A stretch of 64,000 nt of DNA from an uncultured delta proteobacterium (lineage in GTDB: Bacteria > Desulfobacterota > Binatia > UBA9968), in NCBI GenBank assembly GCA_963847445.1, contig CAWJZV010000004.1:203736-267735 (forward strand). The letters run 5' to 3'. Every line of letters begins with the position of its first letter. The stretch's first letter is position 1. Below the pieces are notes generated by a model. It made no database searches and had not been told where the DNA came from. It saw only the letters and a list, made by a program, of their open reading frames with translations. Both the position numbers and the translations under genes were made by a program. Below are positions 10,698 through 19,722 of this stretch, one piece after another.

Positions 10698-11153
10698 CTA
10701 CAATTTCGCTCGCGAAGCTTCGAGCACCTGATGCATCGGCTCGATATCGATGACTAATGCCGAGAGCTGTAATTTCTCGTCGCGCAGTGATTCCGGCACC
10801 TGACCCATCACGTCCGCTTCGAGCACATGATAAACGGGAATCTTGAGCGCCACGCCGGCCAGCGGCCCGGCGAAACTTGGATCGCCCTCGGTTACCGTCT
10901 CGGCGAATACTTCGACGCCGTTAGCCTCGCCGTTGCCCAACACCACGGTCAAATTTTCCGGACCATACTGGTCCGCCAGGCGCTTGATGACTCCTTGGTT
11001 CTCGAAGTTCATCGCGCCCGCGGCGGTTCAAACAAAGCACTCAGTAGCCTGAAAAACCACCTCGTAGCCCGCGCCTTCGAGACACTCGGCGATGACCGGG
11101 CCGGTGACACCATCCCGTTCGCCGATGGCGATGATCTTTTTACCCTTTTGCAT
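10698..11153 (-). CDS. grdA: Glycine/sarcosine/betaine reductase selenoprotein A (Sec at codon 42; UGA at 11030-11028)
   Basis: Two in-frame track ORFs joined across TGA give [25 protein letters not shown]...[18 protein letters not shown]...[19 protein letters not shown], the GrdA CxxU signature; 151 aa. Confidence 0.93.
10973..11027 (-). promoter_or_regulatory. Putative bacterial SECIS hairpin directly 3' of the grdA UGA
   Basis: mRNA CCGC..CGGGCGC-GAUGA-A-CUUC[GAGAACCAA]GGAG-UCAUC-AA-GCGCCUG-GCGG pairs by eye; apical loop starts with G about 25 nt after the UGA. Confidence 0.65.
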
Positions 11154-11182
11154 GCGACCTCCACTAGATACTACCGTTGAAG

Positions 11183-11338
11183 AAAAATTCGAAATCCGAA
11201 GCACTAAATCCGAAACAAATTCAATCACCAAAAACACAATGTTCCAAACAAATTCAATTCGGATTCAGCGTTTTGGATTTTCTTCGGTTTTGGGTTTATT
11301 TTGCTACGGTTTGTTTCGGATTTCGTGCTTCGGATTTT
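11183..11338. repeat. Heptamer-unit palindromic intergenic element between grdC and grdA
   Basis: aaatccgaagcactaaatccgaaacaaa ... tttgtttcggatttcgtgcttcggatttt. Confidence 0.85.
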
Positions 11339-11351
11339 GTTTTTCCCCTGG

Positions 11352-12778
11352 TTAGTCTTCATTCCGATCGACCAGAAACGAGCAGCCATCCGACAGCTGC
11401 GTCATGCGGCCGAGAAACAAACTACCTTTGGCCATGAGCAGCGCGTTGCGAATCGCGCCGCTCTCGAGCGCCGCCTTGGCATGACCCAAGTAAACGATAG
11501 CCGACGGAATATGACCCTGGGTCGGGGCGTAGCCTAGCATGCCGCGGCTGCGGACGAAATCCTCCATCTGGTTCTTTTGAATCTGCCCGCGCATCACCGC
11601 CAAAGCGGCGAGGGTTAGATAATTCGTCCGCGGCACATCGCCGCTGCCGGAGGGAGCGGTGATTTCCGGGTTATGCAGCTCGACGCCGTAGCGGTCGACA
11701 TCGGTCAGCTTCATGCCGAGCTTGGCTAAGGCTTTCTCGGCCAACTCCTCGGCCATCGCTTGCGCCGAACCGCCGGCGCGCACCGGATGAAACGCCGCGG
11801 AGTCCAGCCGCATGCAGACCTGCCCCGGTTTCGCCGCGCTGAGAATCGCCGCGAAACTGCCAAGCATGTCTTCGAGCACCGGCATATTTTTTTTCAAATG
11901 GGACTCGAACTTCATGCCGAGCTTGGCCAACGACCCGCCGGCGACCACCGCGACCCGTTTCGCGACGCCGGCTTGTATCATGCTCGCGCCCTGTACCATC
12001 GCATACATCGGACCGGCGCAGAACGCTTTGACATCGCAGCCCGAGGCGTTGCCGCAGCCGACGTCCTCGGCGATCGCCTTGGCCAGGTTGCCGCCGCCGC
12101 GATTGTAACGGTCGCCCACCGCTTCTTCGGAACAGCTGATGACGAAATCGATGTCATCGGGCTTGAGCGCCAAGCTGCGCTAACACCAGGCGCAACGCGT
12201 GGGCCGCGGAAACTTTACCGGATAAATTCTCCAATAAGACTTCGGCGGCCAGACTGGCGTCTTCTTCGTGAGCCGCCTCAAAGGCGCCGACGAGTTGGGA
12301 CTCCGAATAAAGCGGCAGCGCGCCTTTGTCGCAGAGCTGTTGAAGTTCGCCCAGCGGCTTGAAGCGCGCCGCCCGGCCGATCGAATGTTTCGCCGCATGA
12401 GCTTGAAACCATTTCTCTTCGAACGAAATCAAATCGAACCGATCCGCGCCGGCGAGCAAAGCATAAAACTTCGCCTGATCGACCAGATCGCCAAAACGCC
12501 CCTGCGCCGTCGCCCCTTCGATCAGTTTCTCAAACCAAGGCTGCGGCAGATCGCGCAGTTTTTCCGGGCCGATGTTGCCAATGTAAACTTGATGCGGCGC
12601 GTAAGCCGTCGCCGCGGGAAAATCACGCAGGAGCCTGGCCAGATCGGCGGCCAGCGCTGGATTACCACGCAACTCGCGAATCGGCTTCGAGCCAAAGCGC
12701 ACCAGATCCGGCACATGGGCCAAGCGAATAGGAAACGCCCTCGATACCGACGCGATTAGGTCTTGTAAATTCTGCCAT
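11352..12778 (-). CDS. grdC: Glycine/sarcosine/betaine reductase component C beta subunit (FabH-like); indels near 12721 and 12170
   Basis: Spliced frames: MAEFTRPNRVGIEGVSYSL/AHVPDLVRFGSKP...AHEEDASLAAEVLLENL...IDFVISCSEEAVGDRYNRGGGNLAKAIAE...KAFCAGP...AGGSLAKLGM...ELHNPEIT...PTQGHIPS...KGSLFLGRMT. Confidence 0.88.
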
Positions 12779-12807
12779 TCGATTAATCCAAAATGATACG
12801 CCTTTTA

Positions 12808-13068
12808 TTACTTGGCTTTGAGAGGAAACCTTGCTGGGTGAGCAATAATTTCTTCGCTCAAATCGACGTCGAGATCCGGCCAATAGAAATGACCCGGTCT
12901 CGGCTCTTCCACGTTCAGTATTTTCCCCACCGGCACATCTCTAAACCATGGAAAATCTTCATAGGACATGAACAATTCGCGGTCGCCAGCCAACAGCCAA
13001 ATGCCATGACTTGAAATATGCGTAACTTCAATCGGGGAAGTATTCTTCCCAAGCGGGCCTACGCTCAT
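12808..13068 (-). CDS. DUF2442-family protein (putative antitoxin)
   Basis: EVTHISSHGIWLL, ELFMSYEDFPWF, HFYWPDLDVDL. Confidence 0.8.
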   Translation of the reverse strand: MSVGPLGKNTSPIEVTHISSHGIWLLAGDRELFMSYEDFPWFRDVPVGKILNVEEPRPGHFYWPDLDVDLSEEIIAHPARFPLKAK

Positions 13069-13140
13069 TATATGTATCTCTCAATGAATTGTCTCTCAAT
13101 CCAAAATCTTAGTTTTGCCTTTTTAATTTTTACTTTTGCC

Positions 13141-14193
13141 TTATCTTATGACCCTATCCGCCCGCGCCAGCACATTCGGCGGCACCGTCACGCCGATCTG
13201 CTTGGCGGCTTTCAAATTGACGACGAACTCAAACTTCGTCGGCTGCTCGACTGGAATGTCGGCGGGCTTGGTGCCTTTCAAGATCTTGTCGACAAAGTCA
13301 GCGGCGCGCCGGAATAAGTCCGCATTGTTCGGCGCGTAGCTCATCAAGCCGCCGGCCTCGACAAACTCAGTGTATGCGTACATCGCCGGCAAACGGTTCT
13401 TTGCCACGAATTCCAACACTTGGCGGTGCTGAGTATTGATAAGTGCACCTGTGGTCGTAATGAGCGCCTGGGCGCCGTCCCTTTTCGCCCGCGCGAATGC
13501 GCTGTCAAAATCGTCAAGGCTTCGCACCGAAAGCGATAGAAGTTTGAGTCCCAACGCCTTGGCCACAGCCTCCATGTCTGTGAGGGGCAGGTTTCCCATC
13601 GTGCCACCCGATCCTCGCCATAGGAAGGCCACCCGGACAACCTTAGGGAAGGCTTCCTTGAGCAGCTCCAACCGTTTGCCATCTAGATCCGTCACCATTA
13701 GGCTAAGTCCGGTGATATTCCCTCCTGGTCGCGCCAAGCTGGCGACAATCCCAGTTCCTACTGGATCGTTCGTACCGCCGAACACGATGGGAATTGTCGC
13801 GCTCGCCTTCTTAGCAGCTAAAACAGATTGGACTCCGGTGGTGACGATGACGTCAACTTTGAGACGGACCAGTTCGGCTGCAAGGTCAGGCAACCGTTCG
13901 AGTTTCCCTTCTGCATATCGGTACTCAATGAAAATGTTTTTCCCTTCGACATAGCCAAGCTCGCGCAGCCGTTGGCGAAATGCCTCGATCCGGGCCGAAA
14001 TGAAGGACGCGGAGGGCGGGGCCAGAATTCCTATCCGGGGAATTCCCGCCGGCTGCTGTGCCTCTACCACCACCCCGCACATCACGAGCGTGAGGGCGAT
14101 GATGACAGTCCCACCCCATTTTGGATTTTTGATTTTGGATTTCGGATTGTCGGGGGAAGAAACCCACCATCGCATCCAATGCTTATTGCTCAT
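13141..14193 (-). CDS. ABC_sub_bind (PF04392-type, putative Trp/Tyr-binding) substrate-binding protein, array copy 1
   Basis: AQQP..IPRIGIL, LRELGYVEGKNI.IEYRYAEGK, SLARPGGNITGL, GGLMSY, VDKILKG.KP.DIPVEQPTKFE; start ATG 14193. Confidence 0.92.
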   Translation of the reverse strand: MSNKHWMRWWVSSPDNPKSKIKNPKWGGTVIIALTLVMCGVVVEAQQPAGIPRIGILAPPSASFISARIEAFRQRLRELGYVEGKNIFIEYRYAEGKLERLPDLAAELVRLKVDVIVTTGVQSVLAAKKASATIPIVFGGTNDPVGTGIVASLARPGGNITGLSLMVTDLDGKRLELLKEAFPKVVRVAFLWRGSGGTMGNLPLTDMEAVAKALGLKLLSLSVRSLDDFDSAFARAKRDGAQALITTTGALINTQHRQVLEFVAKNRLPAMYAYTEFVEAGGLMSYAPNNADLFRRAADFVDKILKGTKPADIPVEQPTKFEFVVNLKAAKQIGVTVPPNVLARADRVIR

Positions 14194-14235
14194 GTTCTTT
14201 TCCCCAATCCAAAATCGAAAATCCAAAGTCCAAAA
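14119..14235. repeat. Heptamer (TTTTGGA/TCCAAAA) inverted repeat enclosing the RBS and ATG of SBP copy 1
   Basis: Upstream arm TTTTGGACTTTGGATTTTCGATTTTGGATT; in-CDS arm AATCCGAAATCCAAAATCAAAAATCCAAAA (encodes NPKSKIKNPK). Confidence 0.88.
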
Positions 14236-15285
14236 TTATTTTAAGACGCGGTCCGCCCGCGCCAGCACATTCGGCGGAACCGTCACGCCGATCTGCTTGG
14301 CGGCTTTTAGATTGACGACGAACTCGAACTTCGTCGGCTGCTCGACGGGAATGTCGCCGGGCTTTGTGCCCTTCAATATCTTGTCGACAAAGTCAGCGGC
14401 GCGCCGCCATTGGTCCGTTTGGCTTGGCGCGTAGCTCATCAAGCCGCCAGCCTCAACCCACTCACTCGTTGGGTACATCGCCGGCAACCGATTCTTTGCC
14501 GCGAAGTCCAACACTTGGCGTTGCTGAGTAGTGATAAGTCCACCTACGGCCGTAATGAGCGCCTGGACGCCTTCCCTTTTCGCTCGTGCAAATGCGCTCT
14601 CAAAATCGTCCAGGCTTCGCACCTCCAGCGATAGAAGTTTGAGTCGCAACGCCTTGGCCGCAGCTTCCATGTCTGTAAGGGTTAAGTTTCCTCTCGCACC
14701 ACCCGACCCCCCCCAGAGGAAGGCCACCCGGGCAATCTTAGGGAAGGCTTCCTTGAGCAGCTCCAACCGCTTGCCATCTAGATCTGGCGCCATCACGCTA
14801 AGTCCGGTGATATTCCCTCCTGGTCGCGCCAGGCTGGAAACGAACCCACTTCCTACTGGATCGGAAGCAAGAGCGAATACGATGGGAATCGTCGCGCTCG
14901 CTTTCTTAGCAGCTAAAACAGCCGAGCTGACGGTGACGATAACATCAACTTTGAGACCGACCAGTTCGGCTGCAAGGGCAGGCAGCCGTTCGAGTTTCCC
15001 CTCTGCATATCGGTACTCAATGACAATGTTTTTCCCTTGGACATAGCCAAGCTCGCGCAGCCGTTGGCGAAATGCTTCGAGCCGGGCCGAAATGTTGGAC
15101 GCGGAGGTCGTGATCAGAATTCCTATCTGGGGAATTCCCGCCGGCTGCTGCGCCTCGACCACCACCCCGCACATCGCGAGCGTGAGGGCGATGACGACAG
15201 TCCCACCCCATTTTGGATTTTTGATTTTGGATTTTGGATTGTCGGAAGAAGAAACCCACCATCGCATCCAATGCTTTTTGCTCAT
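14236..15285 (-). CDS. ABC_sub_bind substrate-binding protein, array copy 2
   Basis: Intact 349-aa ORF with the same framework as copy 1. Confidence 0.92.
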   Translation of the reverse strand: MSKKHWMRWWVSSSDNPKSKIKNPKWGGTVVIALTLAMCGVVVEAQQPAGIPQIGILITTSASNISARLEAFRQRLRELGYVQGKNIVIEYRYAEGKLERLPALAAELVGLKVDVIVTVSSAVLAAKKASATIPIVFALASDPVGSGFVSSLARPGGNITGLSVMAPDLDGKRLELLKEAFPKIARVAFLWGGSGGARGNLTLTDMEAAAKALRLKLLSLEVRSLDDFESAFARAKREGVQALITAVGGLITTQQRQVLDFAAKNRLPAMYPTSEWVEAGGLMSYAPSQTDQWRRAADFVDKILKGTKPGDIPVEQPTKFEFVVNLKAAKQIGVTVPPNVLARADRVLK

Positions 15286-15327
15286 GTTCTTTTCCCCAAT
15301 CCAAAATCGAAAATCTAAAATCCAAAA
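15211..15327. repeat. Heptamer inverted repeat enclosing the RBS and ATG of SBP copy 2
   Basis: ttttggatttttgattttggattttggatt ... aatccaaaatcgaaaatctaaaatccaaaa. Confidence 0.88.
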
Positions 15328-16381
15328 TTATTTTAAGACTCGATCCGCCCGCGCCAGCACATTCGGCGGAACCGTCACGCCGATCTGCTTCGGCGATCTT
15401 CAGGTTGATCGACGAACTCAAACTTCGTCGGCTGCTCGACGGGAATGTCGGCGGGCTTGGTGCCTTTCAAGATCTTGTCGACAAAGTCAGCGGCGCGCCG
15501 CCATAAGTCCGCATAGTTCGGCGCGTAGCTCATCAAGCCGCCGGCCTCAACAAACTCACTCGTCTGGGTACATCGCCGGCAACCGGTTCTTTGCCGCGAA
15601 GTCCAACACTTGACGTTGCTGAGTAGTGATAAGTGGACCTGGGGTCGTAATGAGCGCCTGGGCGCGTTCCCTTTTCGCTCGCGCGAATGCGCTCTCAAAA
15701 TCGTCAAGGCTTCGCACCTCAAGCGATTGAAGTTTGACTCCCAACGCCTTGGCCGCAGCCTCCATGTCTGTGAGAGCTCAGGTTTCCCCTCGTACCACCC
15801 GATTCCCAGAGGAACGCCACGCGGGCAACCTTGGGGAAGGCTTCCTTGAGCAGTTCCAACCGTTTGCCATCTAGATCCGGCGCCATGATGGCAAAGTCCG
15901 GTGATATTCCCGCCTGGTCGCGCCAGGCTGGAGACAAGCCCAGCTCCTACTGGATCGGCAGCAGAGCCGAATACGATGGGAATTGTCGCGCTCGCCTTTT
16001 TAGCAGCTAAAATAGCCCGGGCCGGTGGCGACGATGACGTCAACTTTGAGACGGACCAGCTCGGCTGCAAGGTCAGGCAGCCGTTCGGGTTTCCCTTCTG
16101 CGTATCGGTACTCAATGAAAATGTTTTTCCCTTCGACGTAGCCAAGCTCGCGCAGCCGTTGGCGAAATGCTTCGACCCGGGCCGAAATGACGGACGCGGA
16201 GAACGGGATCAGAATTCCTATCCGGGGAATTCTCGCCGGCTGCTGCGCCTCGGCCACAACCCCGCACATTGCGAGTGCGAGCACGAGGGCGACAGAGCCC
16301 CACCGATTTTGGATTTTGGATTTTCGATTTTGGATTGTCGGATCGAAGCCAGCGAATTGCAGTCCAAAATTTCTTTGTCAT
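15328..16381 (-). CDS. ABC_sub_bind substrate-binding protein, array copy 3 (several 1-nt indels)
   Basis: Fragments in ORFs 16112-16381, 16000-16284, 15375-16145, 15719-15937 and 15556-15765 splice into a full paralog. Confidence 0.85.
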
Positions 16382-16438
16382 GTCCTAGTCCTCCAATCCA
16401 AAATCCAAAAGCGGCCCCGCGGACGCAAATCCAAAATC
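16305..16438. repeat. Heptamer inverted repeat enclosing the start of SBP copy 3
   Basis: gattttggattttggattttcgattttggatt ... aatccaaaatccaaaa...aaatccaaaatc. Confidence 0.85.
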
Positions 16439-16444
16439 AGTATT

Positions 16445-17496
16445 CTAATGACCCGATCCGCCCGCGCCAGCACATTCGGCGGGAATCGTCAGGCCGATCT
16501 GCTTGGCGGCTTTCAGATTGATGACGAACTCGAACTTCGTCGGCTGCTCGACGGGAATGTCGCCGGGCTTTGTGCCCTTCAAGATTTTGTCGACAAAGTC
16601 AGCGGCGCGCCGGAATAAGTCCGCATAGCTCGGCGCGTAGCTCATCAAGCCGCCGGCCTCAACCAACTCACTCGTTGGGTACATCGCCGGCAACCGGTTC
16701 TTGGCCGCGAAGTCCAACACTTGGCGTTGCTGAGTAGTGATAAGTGGACCTGGTGGTCGTAATGAGCGCCTGGGCGCCGTCCCTTTTCGCTCGCGCGAAT
16801 GCGCCCTCAAAATCGTCAAGGCTTCGCACCTCAAGCGATTGAAGTTTGACTCCCAACGCCTTGGCCGCAGCCTCCATTTCTGTGAGAACCAGGTTTCCCC
16901 TCGGACCACTCGATCTGGCCAGAGGAAGGCCACCCGGGCAACCTTGGGGAAGGCTTCCTTGAGCAGTTCCAATCGTTTGCCATCTAGATCTGGCGACATG
17001 ACGCTAAGTCCGGTGATATTCCCGCCTGGTCGTGCCAGGCTGGAAACAAACCCAGTTCCTACTGGATCGCCAGAAGAGGCGAATACGATGGGAATTGTCG
17101 CGCTCGCCTTCTTGGCAGCTAAAGCAGCGCGGCCGGTGGTGACGATGACGTCAACTTTGAGACGGACCAGCTCGGCTGCAAGGTCAGGCAGCCGTTCGCG
17201 TTTCCCTTCTGCGTATCGGTACTCAATGAGAATGTTTTTCCCTTCGACATAGCCAAGCTCGCGCAGCCGTTGGCGAAATGCTTCGACCCGGGCCGAAAAG
17301 AAGGACGCGGAGGCCGTGATCAGAATTCCTATCCGGGGAATTCTCGCCGGCTGCTGCGCCTCGACCACACCCCGCAGATCGACGAACGTGATGACGAGAG
17401 TGACAAGCCCCACCGATTTTAGACTGCGAGGCCGATTTTGGATTTTGATTTTGGATTTCGGAACAAAGCCGCCATCGCATCCAATCTCTTTGTCAT
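16445..17496 (-). CDS. ABC_sub_bind substrate-binding protein, array copy 4 (indels)
   Basis: ORFs 16445-17527 and 16668-16877 splice into a full paralog; likely start ATG 17496. Confidence 0.85.
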
Positions 17497-17537
17497 GTTC
17501 TATTCCCAATCCAAAATGCCAGGTCAAAATCCAAAAT
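17415..17537. repeat. Heptamer inverted repeat enclosing the start of SBP copy 4
   Basis: gattttggattttgattttggatttcg ... aatccaaaatgccaggtcaaaatccaaaa. Confidence 0.8.
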
Positions 17538-18109
17538 GACTTGCCTTTCTAGCTCCGTGAAGCTGTGATGCTTCAAGAACACCTCAGCATCGCCGGCAGA
17601 GAAGAAGACCAATTTGACGGCATCGATCGATTTATCAACCGACAGAAACTGCTCGATGGTGCGCGACGACACACCCGCTGCCTTATCCATCGGATAACCG
17701 TAAATCCCGGTGGAGATCGCCGGGAAAGCGATTGACTTGAGTCCATGCGTCAACGGCTAGACGTAATGAATTGAAATAGCACGCCGCCAACAGTTCGGCC
17801 TTGTCCGACGCCACCGCTGCCGTAGACCGGACCGACGGTGTGAATCACATACTTCGCTGGCAATTTTCCACCTATGGTGATCACCGCCTCTCCGGTGGGC
17901 AATCCATCGGGATACTGTGTCCGGCGAATCTCCGCGCAAGCCGCTTTGATCTCCGGCCCGCCGGCGCGGTGAATCGCGCCGTCCACACCGCCGCCACCCA
18001 TCAACGTGCCATTGGCCGCGTTGACGATGGCGTCGACCGCTTCTTTGGTGATGTCGCCGACATTGATCGCGACCCGGCCAGCCAAGTAGGTTTTAAGCGC
18101 AGTCATCAT
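17493..18109 (-). CDS. Macro-domain O-acetyl-ADP-ribose deacetylase (YmdB-like), frameshifted
   Basis: [41 protein letters not shown], then [15 protein letters not shown] in the next frame; exact 3' end uncertain. Confidence 0.88.
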
Positions 18110-18179
18110 CTCTCCCGCTTTATATTACTATCGCGCAAGTTTGCGAGCTTGGGCAAATCATGATTCGAAGCTCTCGATC

Positions 18180-18327
18180 GGAATTCCTCCCGCAAGGCGC
18201 AAAGAGCCAAGTTCGGAATTGTTGTCATTTCGACCGGCGGGAGAAATCTTCAGATCCCTCGCGATTGCTCGGGATGACGGGCATCGGTTCCACCTTTGCG
18301 CCTTAGCGCCTTTGCGGGAGAGATTCC
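18180..18327. repeat. CGCAAAG/CTTTGCG palindromic element with a nested GTCAT...ATGAC element (18224-18278)
   Basis: ctcccgcaaggcgcaaagagccaag ... ctttgcgccttagcgcctttgcgggag flanking gtcatttcgacc...gagaaatct..agatccctcg...ctcgggatgac. Confidence 0.78.
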
Positions 18328-18660
18328 GGTTTCGGTTGCACCTGTTCGCCAACAGGCGAAGCTCTTTTTCCCAGCGCAGTCTGGGGAAAACATGAGTTGC
18401 AATCTATTAGAATTTGCCACGCCTGCGCAAATTGTGTTGCCACCCGTCGCCGCTCCACCACCCCAGGGCGTATGACATACGCCACATTTCGGATCTCGTT
18501 TTGCGCCCTTTGCGTTCCTTGCGGCCATTCTTCCGAATCCGCATCTTCTCTCTGTGACCTCTGTCACAGCGTCACACTGGTCAAGCGCGCGCGCTTGACT
18601 CCCGCGCCACAAACAAGCCAAAGTACCAGCCGATTCCAGCTCAACATCGCGAGGCTCTCG

Positions 18661-19627
18661 ATGATCGTCAACTGTGTCGCCTATGAGAACGGACGGAGAC
18701 TAACCAACATACCGGTGAGCGAGATTCATTCCTACATTTCTCACGCGGATTGTTTCGTCTGGGTGGCGCTCAACGACGCGACACCGGAAGAGCTCCAGGC
18801 GATGCAAGAGGAATTCGGCCTCCACGATCTCGCTCTGGAAGATGCCCAGCATGGCCATCAGCGGCCGAAGATTGAAGAATACGAAGACTCGCTGTTTGCC
18901 GTCTTGCAAATGATCGAACGCAGCGGTGACGAGTTGAATGTTGGCGAGGTCGGCATATTCGTCGGCACCAATTATGTTCTGTCGGTGCGCTCCGGCGCCG
19001 AACGCGGCTTTACCGATGTGCGCGCCCGCTGCGAGCGCGAGCCCGAACTATCTGCGCCATGGCTCGGGCTACGTCCTCTACGCTCTGATGGACGCGGTCG
19101 TCGACCGTTATTTTCCAATACTCGACGATCTCGAAACCGAGATTGAAAATATCGAAGACCGCATGTTCGCCAACCAGAACGCCAGGGATAACATCGAGGC
19201 GCTCTACGATTTGAAGCGCAAGTTGTTGACTCTCAAGCATGCCACCGAGCCGTTGCTCGAAGCCACCAGCAAACTGTTCGGCGGCCGCGTGCCGCGGCTG
19301 GCGGTGGGACTGCAAGACTATTTCCGTGATGTTTACGATCATGTGCTGCGCGTGCACCAATCCGTCGACAGCCTGCGCGACATGATCACTACCGCCATCT
19401 CGGTGGCGATCTCGCTCATCACGATTCAAGAAAACGAAGTGACCAAGCGACTCGCCGGCTATGGCGCTTTGGTCACGGTGCCGACATTAATCGCAGGGAT
19501 TTACGGCATGAACTTCCAGCACATGCCGGAACTTAGCTCGCCCTGGGGTTATCCGTTCACCGTCGCGGCAATGATCGCCATCGATCTCTTTTTGTTCTGG
19601 CGCTTCCGCAAAGCCAAGTGGATTTAG
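18661..19627 (+). CDS. corA: Magnesium/cobalt transporter CorA (frameshift near 19050)
   Basis: FGLHDLALED..HQRPKIEEY, then LYALMDAVVD.YF, YFRDVYDH, IAGIYGMNF..MPEL. Confidence 0.92.
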
Positions 19628-19722
19628 CTCGCCGGCAACGAAATCGTTTGGATTCGATGGCGCACGAGAGAGAGGGTCAGTCGCTCGCCAATGGCGCGAA
19701 GATTCGCCGCGAGCCATGAACT

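Noticed and set aside
13141-17537. CRISPR array or DGR interpretation of the repeated region
   Set aside because: The units are about 1.1-kb coding paralogs rather than short repeats with unique spacers; no cas genes, reverse transcriptase or template repeat are seen in the window.
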